NCBI GenBank assembly: GCA_943704415.1
Contig: CALSCO010001329.1
Location: forward strand, 1 to 33,508
DNA length: 33,508 nt
Origin: Parvularia atlantis
Taxonomy: Eukaryota
Direction: 5' to 3'
The translations under genes were made by a program, and so were the position numbers. Shown here piece by piece: positions 19,780 to 30,883 of this stretch. The stretch's first letter is position 1; each line of letters starts with the position of its first letter. The notes beneath the pieces are model-generated. The model made no database searches. It was not told the origin of the DNA and was given only the letters and a program-made list of their open reading frames with translations.

Positions 19780-22413
19780 ATGTCGACGAGAAGCGTGACA
19801 GCGCGGGTGTGGAGGGGCACGGGGCCACGCGCGCGGCGCGCACCGCGAGCGATCGTCCGCATCGGCGCGGCCGACGGCGGCGGCGACACGCGCGGCGGCG
19901 AGGCGGACGGGGCGCATGCGGGCGGGCGAGGCGATGTGGCGGCGGGGACCAGCGGCGAGGCCGACGGCGAGGCGTGGGGACCGATCGCGCTGCCGCCCGC
20001 CGACGCGGTGAAGCGCGTGCCGCAGACAGCCGCGCGGCAGAGCGCGCTCGGGCCGCGGCACGCGCCGCTGCTGACGATCAGCGCTGGCTACGGCACGAGC
20101 GCCGAGCGCACGACGCGCCTTGGCGGCGGCCCCAACGGGCAGCGATGGCGCCCGCACGCCCGCCAGCGCCTCGGCCAGCCGCTCATGCCCGGGCTGCAGG
20201 CCCTGCCCGGCTACGACAGCGACTCGGACGACGCGCACGACCCGCGTGACATCTCGCCGTTTAACCTCATGGCGCGCACGTTTGTTGAGAGCATCGACGA
20301 CACGCGCCGCGCCAGCGCCGCGGCAAACAACGCAGCCAGCGGCGACCGCAGCCGCGAGGGCGGGCCGCAGCTGCGACGGCACAGCCTCGTGAAGCAGGCG
20401 CTAGCGAGGCTGCGTGAGGCGGAGGAGGACCGGGACGCAGGCGACGCGGCCGACGCGGCGCGTGTGCAGCGGCTCGAGGAGGACATCAACGATCTCGACA
20501 CGGACGACGATGACGACGATGACGACGCAGACGACGACGCGAACGAGGTTGTGGACAACGGCGACGACGCGAGCGACCGCGCGGCCGACGACAGCAACGA
20601 TGCTACGCCGCCCGAGACGGCGCCCCGCGCGGGCGTCGACCGGGACGCGTGGGAGGTCGCCGTTAGGGAGCAGGTGCGCCCGGGCCGCATGCACCGGCGC
20701 AAGTACCGCCGGCTGCTGCGGCGCTGCCTGAAGGACCCGAGCGCGCTGTCGCTGCTGATGGCCACGCCGGCCGGCCCGATCGTCGTGGACCAGGAGTTTG
20801 AGGTAGACGTCGAGCGCGTCGACCAGAACTACGTCGGGCACGCGACCTACGAGGGCCAGCCGCTGATCGTGCACCACGTCATCCCCGGCGAGCGCGTGTT
20901 TGTGCGCGCGTGGCGCTACGACACCACGGGCCGGGTGCGCACGCTGTGCTGGCTCTGCGGCTGATGGTGACGGTGTGCGTGCAGCACTGGGTTACGGCGC
21001 TCGTGAAGGTGCTCAAGCCATCGCCGCACCGCGTCAAGCCGCCGTGCAAGTTCTACGGCCAGTGCAACGGGTGCCAGATGCAGCACGTCAAGTACGCCGA
21101 GCAGACGTCGTGGAAGAGCTCGGTGCGGCTGTGGCTCTTTGGCTTCCCGCGCAATCGCGATGCGGCTGACGGCGGCCGCCCGCAGACCGTGCAGCAGCTG
21201 TTCAGTTATGCCAACGTGCCCATCGCGCCGATGGTGTCCTCGCCGGCCAAGTACCACTACCGCTCAAAGCTCACGCCGAGCTTCCGCAAGCCCGGGGAAG
21301 AGCTGCGCATCGGCATGCACAGCTGGCGCCACAAGCGTGAGATCGTCGACGTCGACCGGTGCCTGATCGCGACCGAGGCCATCAACGCCAAGCTGGCCGA
21401 GATGCGCAAGGAGACGGCGGAGACGCTGAGCAAGCAGGCGGCCACGAGCGTGATGCCCAATGTGCGTGGCGCAAGTGCATGCTGCGGGGCCGCTGACTGT
21501 GGGCTTGTCGCGATCGCGTCAGGGCGCGACGCTCTTCTTCCGAGACACACTGCGACCGTCCGGGGCCGAGTCGGGCGAGCGCGTGTGCATCACCGACCCG
21601 CACGCGATGGCGCTCGAGCAGGTCGGCACAAAGGTCTACAGCTTCACGGCCAACTCGTTCTTCCAGAACAACCCGTTTGTGCTGCGCATGATGGTGCGCC
21701 GGCAGAGGGCTTGCCTGCGTCGCTCAGCGCTGACCGAGCACGCGCAGGTCGACACTGTGTGCAAAGAGGCCGTCGGCACGGACGTGGAGTACCTCGTGGA
21801 CGCGTACTGCGGCGCGGGCCTGTTTGCAATCTACGCGGCTGAGTACTTCCGCGCTATCGTCGGCATCGACATCAACAGCGAGTGCGCAGGCCGGCGGCCG
21901 GCCGCGGGGCGTGCAGCTGACACGCGACTGCAGATCTATCAGCTGCGCCAGGCTCAACGCGCGCGTCAACAGCGTGCACAAAAAGGTCTCGTTCCTCCAG
22001 GCCGACGCGCAGACCATCTTCAGCAGCCTCAAGTTCCCCGGGCGGCGCACGACGGTGCTGCCGCTGCGCTTTTGTGCCGTGCGCGCGTGCCTCGCTCATG
22101 CCCCGCTGCGTGCGCCCCAGGTCGTCATGGACCCGCCGCACGCCGGCAGCGACCTGTCGTTCCTGCGGCAGCTGATCAAGTTTGCGCCGCGGCGTATCGT
22201 CTACGTCTCGTGCAACCCCTTCACGCAGCGGCGCGACATCCGCTGGCTGCAGGTGCGCCGCCGCGCTGCATGCATCAGCCGAGCTGACGGCGCGCGCGCG
22301 CCCACCTACAGTCGCAGATGCCCGCGTACCGCATCATGTCGATCCGGCCGATGGACCTGTTCCCGCAGACGTCGGCCATCGAGAACGTCGTCACGCTCGA
22401 GCTCCAGATGTAG
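19780..22413 (+). CDS. TRM2: Trm2/RlmD-family RNA m5U methyltransferase with TRAM domain and long low-complexity N-terminus; about 7 introns
   Basis: VIPGERV, RVKPPCKFYGQCNGCQMQH, YHYRSKLTP, ANSFFQNN, LVDAYCGAGLFA, VMDPPHAG, IVYVSCNPFTQRRD, MDLFPQTSAIE. ATG in gccgccATG context, with TATAAG at 19766. Confidence 0.85.
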
Positions 22414-22509
22414 ATTGTGGACAGCCATCAGCCGCACATTGCACATAGACGACGACGGCAGGCGAAGAGGAGGAACGACACGCGGGGAGCGACTGCGCGG
22501 GAGGGCGGG

Positions 22510-24152
22510 CTACGACACGGTCATGATCTTGCGCTCGTGCAGCAGCTCGAGCAGGCGGAAACCAAACGCGCTCGCCGGCGTGAGCACGCCGCCCGTGCCC
22601 GCCAGCACGCCGCTCTCGGCCGAGGCCGGCACGGGCACCTGCAGCAGCATCAGCGTGACCTCGCTGATCCACTTGGCCGTTGTGCCGTACGCTGGCCGTG
22701 GGACGCGTGTGAGCGTGTGGCCGGCAACACGGGAGCGCGCACGTACCGGGGTCAGACGCGGTGACGTTGACGATCTGCCGCACTGAGGCCGCGGGGCCCT
22801 TGCCCGTGTGCGACGCGATGGCAGTCAGGCGCAGCGAGCCCGCGGCGCGCTCGGCGTCGGTCGGGCCCTCGTGGCCGTCCGTGCGCAGCCACTTGAGCAC
22901 GGCCTTGCGCAGGAACGCGATCTTGCCGACAAGCACGAGCAGCGGCACGACGGCGAAGAGCGCCACGATGATGATGATCGGCGCAAACGCCGTGCGCAGG
23001 ACCGTGTACTGCGCCAGGTGCACGTCCGGCGGCGGGGCGTTGCGGTCGCGCCGCGCGACGAGGTTGAGCGAGCGGCGCGCGACGGTCGAGTCGAGAATCG
23101 GCAGCGGCATGACCCAGCCGCGGATCGCGCGGCTGTAGTGCGGGTAGAGCTTGACGCGGGGCTAGGGGGCGCGAGGGGCATCAGGCCGTGGTCACCGTGA
23201 TCACAACCGTGAGGGGGCGCACCCTCGACGGAAACACGCCGCCGACGCCGACCCAGGCCGACCAGAGGTGGCCAAACTCGCCGATCAGGTCGAGCTTGCG
23301 GAAGACCTCGAGCGCGGACGCAACCGTGCCCGCCGACGGCTTGAAGCGTACCTCACCAAACAGCTCGACCTTGTCGACGCTCGGCAGCACGGCGCCTGAG
23401 CGGTCGTGCGCGGCCGCGAAGGCCGAGAGGTCCTGCGTCGGCGCCGCTGCGTGAATGCGCATGCGGCCGGCGCGCGCGCGTGTGGTGTGCGAGGCGCACC
23501 CACGGCAGCGAGTCAAGTCCGCAGGCTGCGCGTATCGCCGTCAGCGAGGGAGGCGCGCGAGGTAGGAAAGGGGCGCACCGGGGATGATGCACACGCCGGT
23601 CGCGCGTGCGCGCTCATGGAAGCGGTCGACGACGCGGCGGTAAAAGTCGGTCTCGCCCGTCGTGTCGACGTAGTGCGCGAGGTTGTTGATGCACGCCTCA
23701 ATCACGTTCTCGCCGCCCGACGTGGCGAAGGGGCCGGCGGCGTTGATGACGATGCTGGTCTGGACGGCCATCGTGGCGAGGGCGCTGCGTCGCGGGGGGG
23801 CGCGTGCGCGGCTGTGGGCGAGGCGCGCGAGGGTCGGGGCGGAGTGCGCACGGCTTGTTGTCGCCGGCGCAGACGATCAGCGGCACCTCGGCCCAGGCCG
23901 CGGGCAGCGTCGCGCGGACGGCGTGCAGCTTCTCGGCGCTGCGTCCGGCCAGGGCGATGCTGCGGCCGCGCGGGGCGTGGGCGCGCGATGGGCGCGGGGC
24001 GCGGATCGGAGGGCGAGCGCGCACCGCAGCTTGGGCGCGCGCACGGCGAGGTACTGCGCGATCAGGCGGCCTGTGTAGCCGGTGGCGCCGAAGACGACGA
24101 CATCGAGCGCGCGCAGGCCGCGCGTGCCCGCCTGGGCCTCTCCCTCGGCCAT
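22510..24152 (-). CDS. SCCPDH: Saccharopine dehydrogenase-like oxidoreductase; 6 introns
   Basis: DVVVFGATGYTGRLIAQYL, IALAGRSAEKL, VINAAGPF..GENVIEACI..HYVDTTGE, ACGLDSLPWDL, SAGTVAS, DPAYGTTAKWISE, GGVLTPASAFG. Confidence 0.88.
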
Positions 24153-24321
24153 AGCTGCTGCGTGGCGCGCGTGCTGCGCGGTGCGGGATGGGTCGCCGGT
24201 CAGCGATCGCGCTGGAGGAGAGGCAGAGCGGTGATAGGCGTGGCCGCGTGTCATGCTTCGTTGGTGCTCCGCCTGTCGCGACGGCGCCGGCGCCACACGC
24301 CGCCGCAGCAGCAGCAGCACG

Positions 24322-27088
24322 ATGGCCGCCGCGCCGTCCAACACGCCGCTGATCGTCGAGGAAGAGCGGCTGGCAGGCCTCGTCGCGCAGTGCGTCGCGA
24401 GCCACGAGCCGCCGCTGGCGCACCTCCGCGTGCGTCGTCGCGTCGTGCCCCCTGGAAAGCACGCGAGCGACAGGCTGAGCACCGCGCACCGCAGGCCGTG
24501 ATCGACAGCACGCCGCGCCACGTCGCGCCGACCGATGACGAGCCGCTGCTGTGGCTGCAGGCCGCCGCGAGCCTGCGCTTCGCCCAGCTGGTGCGGCCGC
24601 GTGCTGCGCCCTCCGATTGGCTCATGCGCACTGCGCAGCCCGCGCAGGCCCTCGAGGTCACGGCCGACGCCATCGGCCGCTTCGGCAGCGACCCGCGGCG
24701 CCTCGTCGCGCTCGCCCGCGAGACCGCTGCCGCCCTCGCGCAGCTGCGCAGCCGCACGCCCGGCGCCTTCACCGCGCAGCACGCGACCTACCTGCGCACG
24801 CTCGACCTGCTCCGTGCGCGCCACCCGCACACGCGTCACGCGACAGCTCACCGCCGCGTTGCATCGCCGCGCCCAGTCAACGCACAGCAGCCCGCATGGC
24901 GCGCCATCGCCGTCGCCGCGATGGACGCCGGCTTCCACCGCGTCGGGCAGGTGTTCCTCATGCACGTGGGCAAGCGCGTCCTCCCCGCGTGGTTCCAGCG
25001 CTACCCGCCCGGCACAGAAACGCCGCCGTCCTCGTCGTCGGCGGCGGCGGCGGGTAAGCGCGCCAGCCCGGGCAGCGCATCGCAGATGTACGTCTGGGAC
25101 AGCTCGCCGAGCAAGCGCCCCGCCGTGCGCAGCTCGTTCGTCGTCGCCGACAGCTTTGGGTTGCCGCCGCTCGCGCAGGTGGCACTCGTTGCATCCGTGT
25201 GGCCCCGTTGCTGAAGCCCACATGCGCGCAGCCCGACCTGAAGACGGCAACAGCACTTGTGCCTGCGACAGCTCTGCCGTCGCCGCCGATGTTAACCGCT
25301 GCCGAGACCGGGTCGGCCGCGGCGTCACCCGACGGGATGCGCGACGGCGTGCTGCGGCTGCAGGTGCCGCAGGGTGCGGCGCTGGACGAGGCCGCCGTGG
25401 AGCAGCAGTGCCTGGGCGCGCCGATCGCGCTGCTCTCCGGGCTGCCGGCCGCGTGCGGGATAGACTTGGCGCAGTTGAGCACGGCGACGATGCTGGCGCA
25501 GGGCCACGCGCTGGACGAAATCGATGTGCGCGCTCGTGTGCACGATGAGCAGGAACGTGACACGCGCGCGGCGCAGGTGCTCCAGCAAAACTACCGCGAG
25601 CACCAGGCGCGGCTGCGGTCCTCGCCCACGTGGGAGTACAAGTTCCAGCGGCGCAGCGGCACGCTCGGGGCATACGCGAGCTACCAGGAGCACATGCTGA
25701 AGACGGACGGGGCGGCGGCGTCCGAGGGCATCGTCGACTTTTGCACCAACATCGACGTGGCCGACCACGACCGGTGCGCCCTCGGCGGGCCCCTGCAAGA
25801 GCAGTTCGCTGACGTCGGTGTGCGACTTGCGCAGCTGGGAGCCGCAGCTGCGCGAGCTAGCCAAGCTGCCGGAGTTCCTGCGGCCGCAGTCGCCCAAGGA
25901 TTTGCTGGCCGTGTACCCGTACCCTATCCTGGGCGTGAACCGAACGCAGATGTACCTCAAGGTGCACAACTGCCGCACGACGGGTGCGTGGCGCGACACC
26001 TCTGCCGAGGTGACACTGACGGTGCGCGCGCAACAGGCCACCAGGAGAACAACATGCTGTGCTCGGTCAACGTCAACATTGGTCCGGGCGACTGCGAGTG
26101 GTTCGCCGTCGACTGCAAGCACTGGACCGACATCGACGCCCTGTGCAGGCGGTGCGCGCGCGCTTGCACGCGACGGGTGAAGGCGAGATGGCTGAGCCGC
26201 GCTCGACGACGGCAGGCAGGGCATCGACTACCTCAAGGACAGCTGGTGGCCGACCTCGCGCGACCTCGACGTGAGCCACGTGCCCTACACGCGCTTCCTG
26301 CAGCGGCCAGGCGAGGTGGTCTTTGTGTCGTGCGGGACGGTGCACTGGGTCGAGAGCAAGGTGCGGCGTGGCGGTGGTACCTCTGTGCATGCGCATGCTG
26401 ATGACGACGCGCGCGGGCCGCAGGGCGTCACAAACAACGTCGCGTGGAACTACGCCGCGCCAGTGCTGCACCAGTACAAGATGGCCATGGACCGCTTCTG
26501 GTGGAACAAGAAGGAGCAGTACAAGTCGATCGTGCCGATGGAAACGATCTCGTGGATGCTCGCGGGCTTCCGGCTCAAGGATTGCGCGCTGGCCGAGTAC
26601 CTCCTTTGCGTCACGGTTTTGTGGCAACTGTGCGTGGCGTCTGACCGTCGTGTGCTGCCGCAGGTGGATCTTGCGCGAGTCGTTCGAGCGCGAGCAGCAG
26701 CTGGCGGCCCACGTCGCGCGGGGCAAAATTGCGGTCGATGAGGGCAACTCGGAGCGGTGGCACACCTTCTACTGCGTCAAGTGCAACGAGGAGCTGTTCA
26801 ACCACGTCTTTGTCGTGCGGCCTGGTGTGCGGTGTAGCAAGTGCGGCTTGCACGCGCTACGACTGACTGACAGCGGGTGATGCGGCAGCCGGCGTGCTCA
26901 ACCCAGCGGCGAGCGAGACGTTCTGCTGGGCGTGCACCAAGCGCGTGCTGAACCGGGCGACGGTGAGCGGGATGACGTCCAAGGCGACCAAGCGCGAAGT
27001 GCAGGTGCTGCGGCGGTACGGCCTGGCCGAGCTGGCGCAGCGGTTGCAGCAGCTACAGCAGAGCCTGTCGGACGCGCCTGTGTCGTGA
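24322..27088 (+). CDS. KDM6: KDM6 (UTX/JMJD3)-type JmjC histone H3K27 demethylase with C-terminal GATA-like Zn finger; about 10 introns
   Basis: [119 protein letters not shown]. Fe ligands H-x-E...H are intact. Confidence 0.93.
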
Positions 27089-27194
27089 CCGGTCCGAAGT
27101 CACGGTGTGTGTGTGTGCAAACCAGGGCGCGCGGTACGCCTTTAGTTTGTCTGCAGCCACTTCGTTCCGTGACGATCATCAGACGGAGCGTGCG

Positions 27195-29117
27195 ATGAGC
27201 GACGCCGGGACGCCCAACAGCAGCGCGAGTGGCGCCAGCAACGGCGGCCTCGGTGCGGCGCCGGTGGGGCCGGCGCGCCTGCGCTACGTGACGCACGTCA
27301 AGGTGCGGCGTGGCGCGGATGCGGCGGCCGATGCGCTAGCCGCTCACGCGACGACATCGGCGGCGGCGCGCAGGAGACGCACCGGCACCCGCTCTTCGGC
27401 GCCGCGTTTGATCCGCACGACCCGGCCGGCGCGACGTTCGCGGCCGTGGGTGGGCCGATGGTGCGCGAGGGGCGCGACGGCACCGCTCATTGGGGTGCTC
27501 ATGCGCGCGCGCACACACAAGGCGTACGTGTACGAGTGCACGAGCGCGGGCGGCCTGGCGCTGCTGCAGGTCTACCGTGACGCGAGCGTGCGCCCCTGCG
27601 CGCGATCCGGCCCGTCGTGGCCTGCGGTGTTGACGGCGGGCGCCGGCGCAGGCCGATGAGTCGCTGTACACGTGCGCGTGGACGATGCACGCCGTCTCGG
27701 GCGCGCCGCTGCTGCTGTTGGGCGGGTTGGCGGGCGTGCTCAAGGTGCTCGACACGAGCGAAGGGCGCGTGGTGCAGGTGCCGCCCACCGTCGCCGCACC
27801 GCACACGCGCGCGCTGAGACTGCGCATAGGCGCTCGTGGGCCACGGGCACGCCATCAACGAGGTCCGCACGCACCCGCACCAGCCGCAGCTCGTGCTCAC
27901 GGCCAGGTGCGCGGCCTGCCCTGCCCTGCCCTGCCCTGCCCTGCCCTGCACGCGGCCGCAACCGCTCGCTCACGACACACACGACGACGACGACGACGCG
28001 CAGCAAGGACACGTCCGTACGCCTGTGGAACGTCCAGACGATGTGCTGCGTCGCGATCTTTGGCGGCGACGCCGGCCACCGCAACGAAGTTCTTAGCGTG
28101 GTGCGGACCATCTCGCGCGGCTGCTCGGCACGCCTCACGGCGCGTCGCGCACAGGACTGGCACCACAGCGGCCTGCGCTTCGTGTCGGGCGCGATGGACA
28201 ACAAGGCCATGGTGTGGTCGCTCACGCCGCAGAAAGTGCAGGACGCGCTGGCCTGTGCGTGCGCCTGCGCGTGGTCTTGCCGCCGGCCGGCCGACACCGC
28301 CGCCGCGCGCGCGCAGTATCCGCGTCGTACAGCGTGCACGTCTCGCGCCGCTCGTTCAAGTCGGAGGTCGTGCACCAGCCCGAGTTCACCAACAGCACCG
28401 TGCACCGCAACTACATCGACTGCGTTCGCTACCTGGTCCGCACGCCCACGCTGTCGCGCACGCACATAGCAGGCACGCTCACGGCCGCCGCGGCCGCAGG
28501 GCGACGTCATCCTCAGCAAGTCGACCGACAGCTGCATCAGCATGTGGCTGCCCGACCGTATCGTCAGCGCGGCCAGCCAGGACCAGGAGGGCTCGATCGT
28601 GCACCTGCACGACTTTCGCTTCGACAAGTGCGACATCTGGTGCGTGCCTGTGACGAACTGTGCGTCTGTGTCGACTGCTGAGCAGCGCACACATGGCGCA
28701 GGTTTGTGCGGTTTGCGCTCGACCTGGAGCACCAGCAGCTTCTGTGCGGCACCATCGACGGCCGCGTGAGCGTCTGGGACCTGAACACGAACGGCACGGC
28801 CGTCAGCGGTGCGGCGACTGCACGCGTGCGCCGCGCGAAGCCCACTCAGCGCTGCCGGCGTGCGACGCAGTGCAACTGTTCGCGCCCATCCGGCTCCAGA
28901 GCAAGTCGGCCGAAAGCTTGTCGCACGCGCGCTGCCGGGCCACCGTGCGGCAGGTCGTCGTGGGCCCACAATCACGGTGCGCGCATGCCGGCCATGTGCA
29001 GCGCGGTGTGCGGGCCGACACGACCGCAGGCACGTCGTCGCTGTCTGCGAGGACAGCTCGATCTGGCGCTGGGACGCCGCACCGGCCGACACCAAGGACG
29101 GTACGGCCGAAAACTAG
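27195..29117 (+). CDS. EED: Polycomb repressive complex 2 WD40 subunit EED/ESC/FIE; 11 introns
   Basis: ETHRHPLFG, DESLYTCAW, GHGHAINEVRTHP..LVLTASKDTSVRLWN..CVAIFGGDAGHRNEVLS, VHRNYIDCVRYLGDVILSKS, CDIWFVRF, VAVCEDSSIWRWD. Confidence 0.94.
27915..27949 (+). repeat. (CCTGC)7 pentanucleotide repeat in an EED intron
   Basis: Direct reading of the sequence. Confidence 0.9.
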
Positions 29118-29220
29118 GGCAAGCAAGAGCATATTTTTAGAAGGGCCGACGGACGCAGGCTCGGCGTGCCATCGCGGCCGCCGCGGCGGGCTGAGACGAG
29201 AAGGGCGCAGGCAGCGCGCC

Positions 29221-30803
29221 ATGGTTGTCGATGAGCTTCTTCAGCAGGTCGAGGTCGTTGGCAGGTTGCTGATGCGGTGCACGACGCGGTAGCCGTTGAT
29301 CGAGAGCTCTTCATGGTCCCGGCCTGAGTGCTGCTCTGAACGGTGCTACCGCGCATCACGCTCGCGTGCGCCGAGGCAGCGGCCGGTGCCGACTCGCTCG
29401 TGGCCGCGGCGCTGCGCTGGCGGCGTGCGGGCGGGCCGACGAGGCGCTGGTCCACGTCCTCTCTTTTGTGCGCGCCGCGGCGGCCGACGGACGAGCTCGC
29501 CGCCAGCACGATGCGCGCGCGGCAGCTGGCGGGCATCGTACCGTACGACCCGACAGCCGCGATCCGCCGGGTGCGCTGCGGGCGAGCCGTGAACCGCGTG
29601 TACTTTCGAGGAGACGATGGGCGCCCCACTGCCGCCGCTGCCCGTGCCGCCGCTCGATGCGACGCTGCAGCGCTACCTCGCCTCGTGGTGCGCGCATCGA
29701 CGCACCTCACGCGCACACGCGCACCTCACGCCCCTCACCGACCCGCCCAGCGAGCCGCTCTACGCCGACGCCGCCGAGCGCCGCGCGACCGAGGGCGCCG
29801 TGCGCGCGTGGGCCGACGGCATCGGCCCGGTGCTGCAGGCGCGACTCGAGGCGCACGCGCGCGCCTGCAACGCCGCCGGCACGTCGTGGCTGGCGCGGTG
29901 GTGGCTCGAGCGCGCGTACCTGGCCTGGCGCGCACCCCTCCCGATCCTCTCGAACTGGTACCTCGGCCTTCACGACCTCGCCCCCAACCTCGGCGCCTCG
30001 TCGCACGCGCGCGCCGCCGCCCTCGTCGCCGCGGCCGTCGCCTTCAAGCGCACCGCCGTCGACCCGCTCACCGCGCACGCCGACGAGGCACCGCTCCGCC
30101 GCGCGCTCGGCATCGGCGCGGACGTGGCCGTCGACCTCTCGCAGTTTGGCCGCCTCTTCGCCACGTGCCGCGTGCCCGCCCGCGACATCGACTGCAGCGT
30201 CGCCGAGGTGTGCCGCCCGCACTGTCCGCCCCGCCGCCCCGCCAACAGCGACCGTAGGACCACCTCGCGCCGCACGAGCACGCGCCGTACATCCTCGTCA
30301 TTGCGCGCAACGCGCTCTTCCGCCTCGACGTGCTCCGCCCGGCCGACCGTACGCCCTACAGCGCTGCTGCCATCGCTCGGTGCGTGCACACGGGCCAGAG
30401 CACGCGCACCGCTCACCTGCCCGCCCCAGCGCGCTGCACGACATCGAGCGCGCGGCTGCCGAGCCGCACACGGACGACGGCGTCTGCCTGCTCACGTCGC
30501 AGACGCGCGACGTCTGGGCCGAGGTCAGTCGCGCACAGCCGCGCACGCAATCAGAGGCTGATCGTGTTTGTGTGCAGATGCACGAGCATCTGCTCGCCCT
30601 CGACCCAGCCCGCAACGGCAATGCACTCGCGGTCGTGCAACACGCACTGTTTTGCGTCGCGCTCGACGGCACCTCGCCGGCAGCGATCGACGAGGTGCGC
30701 ACACGGAAGCGCCACGTCGATACCCACTCACCCGACGCGCCCGCAGTTGTGCACACAGGTGCTCGTCGGCGAGCCGCACCTGTGCAACCGCTGGTTCGAC
30801 AAG

Positions 30804-30883
<80 letters not shown>

